Shown piece by piece: positions 39,143-48,669 of a stretch of DNA of 60,367 bases. The stretch covers positions 1 through 60,367 of the IMG/VR virus record IMGVR_UViG_3300036770_006786. The stretch is one strand, 5' to 3'. Numbering within the stretch: position 1 is the stretch's first letter; each line of letters opens with the position of its first letter. Below the pieces are notes generated by a model. The model was not told where the DNA came from. It made no database searches and saw only the letters and a program-made list of their open reading frames with translations. The stretch comes from a virus (taxonomy: Duplodnaviria > Caudoviricetes). Both the position numbers and the translations under genes were made by a program.

Positions 39143-39170
39143 CACAAGGGCTTCGGCCCTTGTGTTCTCT
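39143..39170 (+). terminator. C(UUCG)G hairpin, terminator/attenuator between gp32 and uvsX
   Basis: CACAAGGGC-TTCG-GCCCTTGTG followed by a weak T tract. Confidence 0.7.
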
Positions 39171-39186
39171 ATCTAACAGGTGAAAT

Positions 39187-40245
39187 ATGGCCAAACCATT
39201 TGACGTATCAAAATTCCGCAAGGAAATCACAAAATCAATCGATGGACTCAGCATCGGTTTCAATGATCCCACAGACTGGATCTCCACAGGCAATTATGCC
39301 CTGAACTATCTCATTTCTGGAGACTTCCACAAAGGAGTGCCATTAGGCAAAGTCACTGTGTTTGCCGGAGAATCTGGTGCAGGTAAATCATATATCTGTT
39401 CTGGCAACATCGTCAAACATGCCCAGGAGCAAGGTATCTTTGTTGTATTAATTGACACAGAGAACGCACTAGACGAAGCATGGTTGCATGCTTTAGGTGT
39501 AGACACTGACGAAAAGAAACTGCTGAAACTCAGCATGGCCATGATTGATGATGTGGCAAAAACCATCTCGACATTTATGGCCGACTACAAAGGTCTTCCA
39601 ACAGATGAGCGTCCCAAGGTCATGTTTGTGATTGACTCCGTTGGCATGTTGCTTACCCCCACCGATGTAAACCAGTTTGAAGCCGGCGATATGAAAGGCG
39701 ATCTCGGTCGCAAGGCCAAGAGCCTTACTGCTCTGGTGCGTAACTGTGTCAACATGTTCGGTAACTACAACGTGGGCATGGTATGTACCAACCATACCTA
39801 CGCCAGTCAAGACATGTTTGACCCCGATGACAAGATCTCAGGCGGACAAGGCTTTATCTATGCTTCCAGTATCGTGGTTGCCATGCGTAAACTCAAGCTC
39901 AAAGAAGACGAAGATGGCAACAAGATCTCTGACGTCATGGGCATCCGATCGGCCTGTAAGGTCATGAAAACACGCTATGCCAAACCCTTCGAAGGTGTGC
40001 AGGTCAAAATTCCTTACGAGACTGGAATGAATCCCTACTCTGGACTTACCGACTTGGCCGAGAAAAAAGGACTGCTCAAGAAGGACGGTAATAAACTCAT
40101 GTTTGTTACTAGCCAAGGGGAAATCATCAAATATTTCCGCAAGGGCTGGGAAAGCAACGAGGATGGATGTCTTGACAAAGTCATGGCAGACTTCCAAAAT
40201 CAGAAGACCGAGGTAAGTACAGCGGATTCTGAAACGGAGGAATAA
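39187..40245 (+). CDS. uvsX: RecA-like recombinase UvsX
   Basis: ISTGNYALNYLISG, AGESGAGKS, IDTENA, VIDSVG, TNHTY, SGGQG.IYASS. Confidence 0.95.
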   Translation: MAKPFDVSKFRKEITKSIDGLSIGFNDPTDWISTGNYALNYLISGDFHKGVPLGKVTVFAGESGAGKSYICSGNIVKHAQEQGIFVVLIDTENALDEAWLHALGVDTDEKKLLKLSMAMIDDVAKTISTFMADYKGLPTDERPKVMFVIDSVGMLLTPTDVNQFEAGDMKGDLGRKAKSLTALVRNCVNMFGNYNVGMVCTNHTYASQDMFDPDDKISGGQGFIYASSIVVAMRKLKLKEDEDGNKISDVMGIRSACKVMKTRYAKPFEGVQVKIPYETGMNPYSGLTDLAEKKGLLKKDGNKLMFVTSQGEIIKYFRKGWESNEDGCLDKVMADFQNQKTEVSTADSETEE

Positions 40246-40247
40246 TC

Positions 40248-40490
40248 ATGCCAGTAGCATTAGCCAGCGAACTATGGAGCGAACTCAAGCGTTATGTAAA
40301 TTCAGTTGACAAAGACGAAGCTGCCGAAACTGTGGTCAATATTTTGATTGACAATGATATCGACATTGAAGAAATCAAATCTAATTTCAAAGGTGATCCA
40401 GAAATCAAACGTGCTCTTTCTCAGTACACCGAGGATCTTGCCGAGGATCCCGACGAAGACCTCGACGAGGATTACGAGGAAGAATATTGA
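40248..40490 (+). CDS. Small acidic hypothetical protein
   Basis: 80 aa, SD GGAGG, D/E-rich C-terminus. Confidence 0.7.
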   Translation: MPVALASELWSELKRYVNSVDKDEAAETVVNILIDNDIDIEEIKSNFKGDPEIKRALSQYTEDLAEDPDEDLDEDYEEEY

Positions 40491-41764
40491 TGGATTCACC
40501 GGGGAAAAAAATCTTCCCTATCAAAAACGATGCGGCTTGTACGTTCAAATGGGGTTGGAATACATTTAGACTGTATACCGGGCTCTCGTCGAGCTGCCAT
40601 AGAGTACATCCTGTATTTGTTCCAGTAGATCAATTTGACGATTTTCATAATATGCCAGAGGTATTATCTGATCGTCAATTGATGTTGGATAACAAATGGC
40701 CTAGCGGAAGAGGATGCGAATATTGTCGAGATGTTGAAGTTGCCGGGGGTATCAGTGATCGACTGTATCATAGAGAAGATCCGGGAATAACCCCGGTAGA
40801 TTTTGATGACGACAATCTGCATGTCACGCCCAGGATACAAGAAGTCTATCTAAACAATACCTGCGATTTGGCATGTGTGTATTGTGTTCCTACTTTCAGT
40901 TCTAAGATCAACAAAGAACTTGAAAAGTATGGACCACTGACAACTATGCCTCATATCAAGGTAGTCAATCGATCTCCAGATCAATCTCTATATCTACAGA
41001 AAATGCTGGATTGGCTGGACAAAAATTGGATAAATCTACAGCGATTTCTAGTACAAGGCGGAGAACCGTTTTTACAGAAAGAATTTTTCACGATCGTCGA
41101 TCACATCAAAACTCTGAAGAATCCGGATCTTGAATTTTCTGTCAACAGCAATCTCAATGCCAGTGGCAAGATAATGGAAAATTTTATTCCAGAAATACGA
41201 CAAATATTACTTGAAAGGCGTATCAAAAGATTTGATATCACTGCGAGTATAGACTGTTGGGGGCCAAGACAAGAATTCATACGCTATGGACTCAATCTCG
41301 AGCAATGGAAGAAAAATTTTGAACTACTGCTACAGCACAAATGGATCTATCTAAACACTGGGCAGACAGTGACATCACTTTCGATCAAAACATTGCCAGA
41401 TCTTCAAATACTGCTCAATGGATATATGGATCAAGGTCATAGATTCAACCAGACAGTGGGATATGTGGATGGGCGGAATCAAGTGCTGTATGATCCGATC
41501 ATATTTGGTGGAGATTTTTTCAAGGATGATCTCGAAAAAGCGTTAGATCTGATGCCTTCGTCAACTGATCAACAAAAACACAGCAAAGATCGCATGGCAG
41601 GCATCGTAAAATATGTATTGTTAGGAAAACAAGATCGAGAAAGACTCGCTCGATTATATTCTACGTTAGATCAACTTGACACAAGACGAGGAACCGACTG
41701 GAAAAAATTATTTCCAGAAATCTATCAATATTTTCTAGAAAATGAGATAACCTATGTGGTATAG
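40487..41764 (+). CDS. Radical SAM protein with N-terminal Cys-rich (SPASM/twitch-like) domain
   Basis: NTCDLACVYC (CxxxCxxC), GGEPFL, NSN, ASID; N-terminal C..SSCH..GCEYC. Confidence 0.85.
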   Translation: MMDSPGKKIFPIKNDAACTFKWGWNTFRLYTGLSSSCHRVHPVFVPVDQFDDFHNMPEVLSDRQLMLDNKWPSGRGCEYCRDVEVAGGISDRLYHREDPGITPVDFDDDNLHVTPRIQEVYLNNTCDLACVYCVPTFSSKINKELEKYGPLTTMPHIKVVNRSPDQSLYLQKMLDWLDKNWINLQRFLVQGGEPFLQKEFFTIVDHIKTLKNPDLEFSVNSNLNASGKIMENFIPEIRQILLERRIKRFDITASIDCWGPRQEFIRYGLNLEQWKKNFELLLQHKWIYLNTGQTVTSLSIKTLPDLQILLNGYMDQGHRFNQTVGYVDGRNQVLYDPIIFGGDFFKDDLEKALDLMPSSTDQQKHSKDRMAGIVKYVLLGKQDRERLARLYSTLDQLDTRRGTDWKKLFPEIYQYFLENEITYVV

Positions 41765-42206
41765 TCGAGTTGTAGCTAACCTTTCAGCGATCCCAGACTT
41801 TATACAGCATTACGAACGAGAACTCGAGGAAGCAAAAAAAGAATGTCGGATCGGTGGCTATGTTGAAGGAAATATCAAAGAACTTCCTGGCATTACCGAA
41901 CATCGTTTCAATCAGCTACAAGAAATCGAAGCCATCCTCAACTATCTCAACATCCAGCTTCGTAAAATCCGTAGAAAGCACTTCCAGAAATATCTTGAAG
42001 CTTATGCCCGACAGCTCACCAGTCGTGATGCTGAAAAATATGTGGACGGAGAAGATGAAGTCATTGACTTTGAAACCATCATCAATGAAGTGGCCTTGCT
42101 CCGCAATCGTTGGTTAGGTATCATGAAAGGACTGGATACCAAACAGTGGCAGATGGGTCATATCGTTCGTCTTCGTACGGCAGGGATGGAAGATATCCAG
42201 GTATGA
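41754..42206 (+). CDS. uvsY: Recombination mediator UvsY
   Basis: KYLEAY.RQLTSRDAEKYVDGE..V, GIMKGLD.KQWQ; close to uvsX. Confidence 0.8.
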   Translation: MWYSRVVANLSAIPDFIQHYERELEEAKKECRIGGYVEGNIKELPGITEHRFNQLQEIEAILNYLNIQLRKIRRKHFQKYLEAYARQLTSRDAEKYVDGEDEVIDFETIINEVALLRNRWLGIMKGLDTKQWQMGHIVRLRTAGMEDIQV

Positions 42207-43231
42207 CGGCAAGATTGCGTCGACACGATAGTGGTAATATCGTGTTCTATGATATCTGGCGTAATTTTCCATCTCACGACCTTAGGACTGATGGATTCCG
42301 AGAGATCATTACACAAGATCTTATTGATGCCAACATCTCTCTCGATCATGTAAAAAACTTCCGTTGGATCTTTGACCTCAAACCCGAAGGTATATCTGCC
42401 GACGATATGTCTGGCGTGTATCAGTGGTTCCAAGAGTTAGGAGTTACTCCTGGCCAATTCCGTGTGGCATTCAGTTGTGTGGAAGACATAGATAGTCTTC
42501 CTTATCCTGCCATCTGCTTACCTGACAGATTGATCTACAACGGTAATTGGTTTATGCATATGCAACACTATCGCATAGATTGGGCTAATTTACCTATCAC
42601 TCATAAACTCGTTTGTTTGATGCGCAGGCCCAGTGTCAGTAGAGGTACTTTGGCCAAGAGATTATTGAGTAGATTTACGCTCGATGATCTCATAATGACT
42701 TTTGGTACCAACGGTAGCGACACCAGCGAAGATATCAAGCGTATGGTATGGCCGCAGCCTTATCCTATGATCGTAGATCGGCCCATGGCTGATTATGTTT
42801 TTCAACATCGTATAGATCATGATTTCTTTTATCGTGCACCTACAAACCTCGTGGTAGAAAGTTCTAGCCAGACGGATCCTGATGTATGGCGTAGCATATT
42901 CATCACAGAAAAATCATTCAAAGCTCTAGCCTGGCATCAGTTTCCTCTATGGTATGCAGTTCCGGGATTAGTCGGCGAAATACGCAAGCTAGGATTTGAT
43001 GTGTTCGATGACCTGTTCGATGGGCATGCTTATGATGAGATACAGGATCCCTGGGTACGTATGACACAAGTAGTATTGTTGGCACGACGTTTTTGTAAGC
43101 AAGATCTTGTCAGACTAAGACACCAGCACTGGGATCGATTGGTAAAAAACTTTCAACGGATCGAAGAGATACATACAACAGCGATAAGCCAACATACAGA
43201 AAAATTAGAACAGTTGATATATGGCCATTAG
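42203..43231 (+). CDS. Putative glycosyltransferase (GT10-like C-terminal motif)
   Basis: NLVVESS..FITEKSFKAL..PL..G....IRKLGFDVFDD..YD.I; start at the ATGA overlap 42203. Confidence 0.5.
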   Translation: MTARLRRHDSGNIVFYDIWRNFPSHDLRTDGFREIITQDLIDANISLDHVKNFRWIFDLKPEGISADDMSGVYQWFQELGVTPGQFRVAFSCVEDIDSLPYPAICLPDRLIYNGNWFMHMQHYRIDWANLPITHKLVCLMRRPSVSRGTLAKRLLSRFTLDDLIMTFGTNGSDTSEDIKRMVWPQPYPMIVDRPMADYVFQHRIDHDFFYRAPTNLVVESSSQTDPDVWRSIFITEKSFKALAWHQFPLWYAVPGLVGEIRKLGFDVFDDLFDGHAYDEIQDPWVRMTQVVLLARRFCKQDLVRLRHQHWDRLVKNFQRIEEIHTTAISQHTEKLEQLIYGH

Positions 43232-43985
43232 TTCGTTCCGCAACAGTGAAGAAAGCCATGCACACAGCCGACAGACCCTGGATGTGTTGTATGAGCATGA
43301 CGATTTCATGGAAAGCGTGGGCCGTGTGGCCGACCTTGGTTCCGGACCAGATGGACTCGATGCTTTATGGTGGGCTACAGCCACTACTCGCGATGATACA
43401 CCACAACCTCTAAACATACAGACTCTGGCGCTCGATCAATTTGAAACTTTCATGCCGGCTAAAAAGAGTAAAAACCTCGGGTATCAAAAAGTAGATCTCG
43501 AAACATGGTGCGAAACAAAAAGAGCGTTTGACGTGATGTGGTGTCATGATACCTTCCAATACATGACCAATCCATTGCAGTGCTTGGCTAACTGGTGGCG
43601 AGTCACAGCTGACAGTGGTATGTTGGTATTGATCTTACCCCAGACTACAAACATGGAATTCAATCACGAAGCCTTTGATCTTCCGTCAGGATGCTATTAC
43701 AATCATACCCTGACCAGTCTTATCTACATGCTGGCCACTACAGGCTGGGACTGCGGCTCGGGTTTCTTTCTCAAACGACCCACAGATCCATGGTTGCATG
43801 CCATCGTGTATAAAAGCTCTCAGGCACCCCGAGATCCTCGACGCACCTCATGGTATGATCTGGTGGACTCTGGGTTGCTTCCGGATTCGGCTGTAAAAAG
43901 CATCAACAAATATGGGCACTTACGGCAACGTGATCTTGTATTACCGTGGCTAGATAAGAGCTTCCATTGGTTAGGTAAACAATAG
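43221..43985 (+). CDS. Class I SAM-dependent methyltransferase
   Basis: VADLGSG motif I; FDVMWCHDTFQY..NP...L..W...GMLVL. Confidence 0.75.
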   Translation: MAISSFRNSEESHAHSRQTLDVLYEHDDFMESVGRVADLGSGPDGLDALWWATATTRDDTPQPLNIQTLALDQFETFMPAKKSKNLGYQKVDLETWCETKRAFDVMWCHDTFQYMTNPLQCLANWWRVTADSGMLVLILPQTTNMEFNHEAFDLPSGCYYNHTLTSLIYMLATTGWDCGSGFFLKRPTDPWLHAIVYKSSQAPRDPRRTSWYDLVDSGLLPDSAVKSINKYGHLRQRDLVLPWLDKSFHWLGKQ

Positions 43986-43993
43986 GTCGTTGA

Positions 43994-44012
43994 TTATCTA
44001 CGTAGATAAATA
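43994..44012 (+). promoter_or_regulatory. 16-bp perfect palindrome overlapping a late promoter
   Basis: TTATCTACGTAGATAA 43994-44009; TAAATA 44007-44012, 6 nt before ATG 44019. Confidence 0.55.
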
Positions 44013-44018
44013 TCGCTG

Positions 44019-44762
44019 ATGAAAACTGCGATAGTAACTACGTTCAGCGACAAAGGATTCCAGGAGTACGGTCATTGGTTTGTAGACAGTGTAGCAAAGT
44101 TCCTTGACTCGGATCTGCAAGTCTACATCTATGTAGATTCTGTAAATCCACGTACTGATATTCCCAACCTTACTGTGAGAAGATTAGAACCCAGCGTTCC
44201 AGATCTCACTGCATTCAAAGCTCGTCATCGAGATCGTCCTGTAGCAAAATTCCTTTATGATGGAGTACGATTCAGCCATAAGAGCTATTGCATATGGCAT
44301 TGTGCTACTAATTGCGATGCGGATCGACTGATATGGATAGACAGCGACACAGAAATCCTGGCCTCCATTACAGCTCAGTGGTTGAATGGATTTTTACCGA
44401 ACGATAAATTTGTAGGATATCTGGGTCGGGAAGGACGTTATACCGAGACTGGATTTTTGATATTTGACCTCAAACAGCCACATGCCCGTGAATTTTTCGA
44501 TCGTTGGAAACACTATTATGACAGCGACGAGATATGGAATCTATCTGGTCAGCTAGACTGCCATGTGTTCGATGCTTGCCTTGAAGAGTTCCAATCTGCG
44601 GGCAAATTACAAGGACACGATCTCTGCGGTGATGTGGTCAAGAAAAGCCATTTCAATACTGTGTTCACCGGATACTTGGTACACTACAAAGGCGATGACA
44701 AGCAGAACAGAGACAAACATTATAGCAAAGCCATAAGAAGCAAAGGAAAATCAAGATCATGA
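44019..44762 (+). CDS. GT-A glycosyltransferase
   Basis: VRFSHKSY, LIWIDSD (DxD), ETGF, DCHVFD, HYKG. Confidence 0.75.
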   Translation: MKTAIVTTFSDKGFQEYGHWFVDSVAKFLDSDLQVYIYVDSVNPRTDIPNLTVRRLEPSVPDLTAFKARHRDRPVAKFLYDGVRFSHKSYCIWHCATNCDADRLIWIDSDTEILASITAQWLNGFLPNDKFVGYLGREGRYTETGFLIFDLKQPHAREFFDRWKHYYDSDEIWNLSGQLDCHVFDACLEEFQSAGKLQGHDLCGDVVKKSHFNTVFTGYLVHYKGDDKQNRDKHYSKAIRSKGKSRS

Positions 44763-45493
44763 CCTGGGCCTGCGTCACTAGCCAAAATCAATATTACTAT
44801 GACCTCATCGGAGAGGTCATGCTCAAAAGCTGGAGCCGTTATTGGCCCGAACCCGACCAGATGTATCTCTATGCCGAAGAATTCCGGCCGGACGATATCC
44901 ACAGAGTCAACATCGTGGATTGGACTGAGACCTGCTATGAACAATGGTTTCCTTTCAGCCAACGTGCTGAACATCCTTATGCCCATAAATTTGGCAAGAA
45001 AGCCTGGGCCACAGTACATGCCTTGCGCAATATCGATGTTGATTACCTAGTATGGTTAGACAGCGATCTGTTGTTTTGGAATGATATACCCAGAGTCGAT
45101 CTTGAGCGTAGTATCTCAGAACATCACTTGATAGCGTTGTTTGACAGTGATATCGGTCCCAAAGAAAGCCGTGAACTGTGGAGCGCAGAAAGCGGATATG
45201 TGGTATTCAACCGACGCCATACGCGGTTCAATGCCTTTGTGGATCAGTACGAAGCCTACATGGCAGCCGAGACCAAACCCGCAGGAACTCTACATTGGTG
45301 GGACAACCAGGTCCTGATGTTGACAGCCAGTCATTATCTAGATGCAGTACATGACCTTACAGTATATCGTGAACGCAAGACGCAGACTCCTCTCAACCAT
45401 TGTTGGTTAGGCCGACATATGGGACATTACAAAAGTGGCAACAAGAATCGTATCACCCGAGAAGAACAGCTGGCCAAGGCAGGCATACTATGA
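44759..45493 (+). CDS. GT-A glycosyltransferase (paralog)
   Basis: KFGKK, LVWLDSD, AESGYVVFN, HYKSG. Confidence 0.7.
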   Translation: MTWACVTSQNQYYYDLIGEVMLKSWSRYWPEPDQMYLYAEEFRPDDIHRVNIVDWTETCYEQWFPFSQRAEHPYAHKFGKKAWATVHALRNIDVDYLVWLDSDLLFWNDIPRVDLERSISEHHLIALFDSDIGPKESRELWSAESGYVVFNRRHTRFNAFVDQYEAYMAAETKPAGTLHWWDNQVLMLTASHYLDAVHDLTVYRERKTQTPLNHCWLGRHMGHYKSGNKNRITREEQLAKAGIL

Positions 45494-46395
45494 AGATACT
45501 GGTCACAGGCACATCAGGATTCATAGGCCAGCATCTAGCTCCGGCGTTGGCCGCCCGCGGACATGAAGTGATCGGGGTTGACCGTAGATCATCTTGTGAT
45601 CTACCCGGTGTGGAACACATACAGCACGATCTCACAAAGAACTGCCGAGACTTGCCCACAGTGGACATGGTCATCCATCTGGCAGCGTTCAATGGCACCA
45701 AGCATTTTTATACCAAAGCCTACGATGTGATCCGTGATAACACTCTGCCTACTATCAACCTCTTAGATAGATATCGCCACGGTGTCAAGCGATTCGTCTA
45801 TGCTGGCACACCCGAAAGCACAGCAGGTGCTACAGATTTGTTTGGTTATGCCATACCCACAGATGAAGAATGCCCATTGGTTGTGGCTGATCCTAAAAAC
45901 CTACGATGGAGTTATGCCGGCAGCAAGGCCTTAGGAGAGCAAGCGGTGATAGCATCAGGCCTGCCCTGGACAGTGATACGCTACAATAACATCTATGGTC
46001 CTGGGCAGCGAGATCATTTTGTATCAGAGTTCTGGGAACGTGCTCGCAACGGAGTCTATCAACTTTATGGCTACGATAACACTCGCACATTCATGTATGT
46101 AGCTGATGCCACTGAAGCGGTGTGCCGCTTGATCGAGATGCCGGAAAGCGAAAATGAAATCATCAATGTGGGTGGCGATCGAGAGATCACTATCCGACAA
46201 GCGGCAGAAGTGATATTAGAGGTAATGGGGCATGGTGGTGAGAAAATCGAACTACATCCGGCACCCGCTGGCAGCGCATTACGTCGTTGCCCCGATACTA
46301 CCAAAATGAAACGTCTTACCGGTATGACCTCTCAGACAGATCTGTCCACAGGTATGGCAGCCACCATCAGGAGTCTAGAATGCGGATTGGAATAA
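45490..46395 (+). CDS. NAD-dependent nucleotide-sugar epimerase/dehydratase
   Basis: KILVTGTSGFIG, IHLAA, YAGSK (YxxxK), RYNNIYGPG, RTFMYVAD; start at ATGA 45490. Confidence 0.9.
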   Translation: MKILVTGTSGFIGQHLAPALAARGHEVIGVDRRSSCDLPGVEHIQHDLTKNCRDLPTVDMVIHLAAFNGTKHFYTKAYDVIRDNTLPTINLLDRYRHGVKRFVYAGTPESTAGATDLFGYAIPTDEECPLVVADPKNLRWSYAGSKALGEQAVIASGLPWTVIRYNNIYGPGQRDHFVSEFWERARNGVYQLYGYDNTRTFMYVADATEAVCRLIEMPESENEIINVGGDREITIRQAAEVILEVMGHGGEKIELHPAPAGSALRRCPDTTKMKRLTGMTSQTDLSTGMAATIRSLECGLE

Positions 46396-47174
46396 TAGGC
46401 ATAGGCTGTGTAGGATCGGCTAATCGAGATGGATTCCGGTATCTCAAACACGACGTAGTCGAACATGATCCCAAACTAGGTACGACCATTGATGTAATTC
46501 GTGATACTGAAATAGCATTTATCTGTGTGCCAACTCCTAGCCGCGATGATGGTAGTTGTGATACCAGCATAATTGAATCTGTGTTAGATGATCTTGAGCT
46601 CATTGGTTATCGAGGCATAGCAGCCATACGCAGTACAGTAGTACCAGGGTTCACACAAAGCATGATTGAAAAGCATCGCAATCTTACCATCTGTTTCGTG
46701 CCAGAATTTCTGAGAGAACGATGTGCATTCGACGATTTTGTCAATAATCACAAACTACTAGCGGTAGGCACACACGACATATGGGTATACCGGAAATTGG
46801 TGCAGGCACATGGTAATCTGCCAGAGCACACAGAACATCTTACTCCCAATGAGGCAGAGATATTGAAATATTTCAACAATGTATATGCGGCATTGCGTGT
46901 GACATTTGCCAACGTGATGTACGAGATATGCGAACGACTGGATGCCGATTATACCACCATCAAGAATGCTTATATCAAGACCGGTAAAGCCATCGACATG
47001 TATTTGGATGTGGCACCAAACTTCCGTGGGTACGGTGGTATGTGTTTACCCAAGGATACCAAAGCCTTGGCCAGACTGATCGATAGACTAGACTTAGACT
47101 TTGATCTCATCAAGAGCGTGGACCAAGACAACAATAAATTTGAATCAACAGTATTCAATGGGATGAGATCATGA
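46380..47174 (+). CDS. ugd: UDP-glucose/GDP-mannose 6-dehydrogenase family protein, lacking the C-terminal domain
   Basis: IGIIGIGCVG, FICVPTP, RSTVVPG, PEFLRE, AE..KYFNN, GYGGMCLPKD. Confidence 0.85.
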   Translation: MRIGIIGIGCVGSANRDGFRYLKHDVVEHDPKLGTTIDVIRDTEIAFICVPTPSRDDGSCDTSIIESVLDDLELIGYRGIAAIRSTVVPGFTQSMIEKHRNLTICFVPEFLRERCAFDDFVNNHKLLAVGTHDIWVYRKLVQAHGNLPEHTEHLTPNEAEILKYFNNVYAALRVTFANVMYEICERLDADYTTIKNAYIKTGKAIDMYLDVAPNFRGYGGMCLPKDTKALARLIDRLDLDFDLIKSVDQDNNKFESTVFNGMRS

Positions 47175-47902
47175 CAGAATACCGACTTCCTTATGAACGA
47201 CAGATCATCAGCAGCCAGCATGGTGAGGATGGTATCATCGAGCTCATGTGCGAACACATCAAAGAACCCAATCGACGATTTCTAGAGATTGGCTGGGGCA
47301 CTGGCAAACAAAACATGACCATCACTCTGCTAGAGCAAGGATGGTCAGGTATAGGCATTGACAAACGAGCCATGCAAGAACCCAGCGATTGGTCAGGAAG
47401 ATTCTGCAAACTGGATGAGCTGGTATTTCCAGACACCATAGTAGAGATGCTAGAACCCTACGATACTCTCGGCGACATTGATTTTTTCAGCCTGGATATT
47501 GATAGCTTTGATTATGATGTGGCATTGACATTGATGGAAGCAGGATTCCGGCCTAAGATAGTGTGTTGCGAAATCAATCCTAGATTTGGCGGCCAGGTCG
47601 TGGCCAGTTATCCATATGTTGAACACAAGAAAGGTATCAAGCTCTATAACAAATTTTACTATGGAGGTTGTAGCCTCAGTAAGTATCAGCAGTTCTGGGC
47701 CAGATATGGCTATGATTTTTTTACTATAGACACTAGCCAAGTCAATGCTTTCTTTTATAATCGTGAAAGCTGTAAGGAGATCACTGATGTGCCAACTTTG
47801 GGCAATGATTATCTTGGCACTAGTGATTCTCTCATGAGAGAAGAAATCTCAAAACATGGATTTTGGGTTGACAAAGTAGACATGATCTATCGGGGAATAT
47901 AA
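47171..47902 (+). CDS. FkbM-like methyltransferase
   Basis: SQHGEDGII, FLEIG, DFFSLDIDSFD, RPKIVCCEIN, NAFF. Confidence 0.7.
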   Translation: MTEYRLPYERQIISSQHGEDGIIELMCEHIKEPNRRFLEIGWGTGKQNMTITLLEQGWSGIGIDKRAMQEPSDWSGRFCKLDELVFPDTIVEMLEPYDTLGDIDFFSLDIDSFDYDVALTLMEAGFRPKIVCCEINPRFGGQVVASYPYVEHKKGIKLYNKFYYGGCSLSKYQQFWARYGYDFFTIDTSQVNAFFYNRESCKEITDVPTLGNDYLGTSDSLMREEISKHGFWVDKVDMIYRGI

Positions 47903-48669
47903 TGGATAAAATAGTTTTGGTCACTGGTGGGTTTGACCCTGTGCATTCAGGACACATCGCCTACTTCAAAGCGGCTCGAGAATTAGGAACCATGCTGATA
48001 GTGGGACTGAATTCCGACGAGTGGTTGCAACGTAAAAAAGGCCGGGCTTTTATGCCTTGGAATGAGAGACTGTGTGTGATCAACAATCTCGCCATGGTAG
48101 ACGAAGTGTACACTTTCAATGACGACGATGGCTCAGCCCGTCATTTCATTGAGCAGGTCAGGGCACATTATCCCACAGCTGAACTGATATTCGCCAACGG
48201 TGGAGATCGTACAGACAAAAATATTCCTGAAATGGACGTGGTAGATAGCAATTTGAAATTCGTGTTTGGAGTGGGAGGATTCAACAAAGCCAACTCCAGT
48301 TCATGGATCCTAGAAGAGTGGCGTGCGCCCAAGACAGATCGTCCTTGGGGTTATTATCGTGTACTGTTCGAACCCAACATCAATGTCAAGCTCAAAGAGC
48401 TCACTGTAGGACCTGGGCAGAGACTGAGCATGCAACGACACGAACAGCGCAGTGAATTCTGGTTCGTCAGCGAAGGTACTGCCACTGTGTATACCCTAGA
48501 TTCCAGCACTGACATGGATCTCTTGGGCACCTACTCTGCGCATCAACATCTGTTTATTCCCCAAGGATCCTGGCATCAGCTATGCAATGAAACATCAGAA
48601 CCTCTCAAACTCATTGAGATACAGTATGGCGACCGTTGCGAAGAACAGGACATAGAAAGACGAGCATGA
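47902..48669 (+). CDS. Cytidylyltransferase (HxGH) fused to type II mannose-6-phosphate isomerase-like cupin
   Basis: GGFDPVHSGH, GLNSDEWL.RKKG, FANGGDR; C-terminal RPWG.Y..L, PGQRLSMQRH..RSEFW, IEIQYG. Confidence 0.85.
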   Translation: MDKIVLVTGGFDPVHSGHIAYFKAARELGTMLIVGLNSDEWLQRKKGRAFMPWNERLCVINNLAMVDEVYTFNDDDGSARHFIEQVRAHYPTAELIFANGGDRTDKNIPEMDVVDSNLKFVFGVGGFNKANSSSWILEEWRAPKTDRPWGYYRVLFEPNINVKLKELTVGPGQRLSMQRHEQRSEFWFVSEGTATVYTLDSSTDMDLLGTYSAHQHLFIPQGSWHQLCNETSEPLKLIEIQYGDRCEEQDIERRA

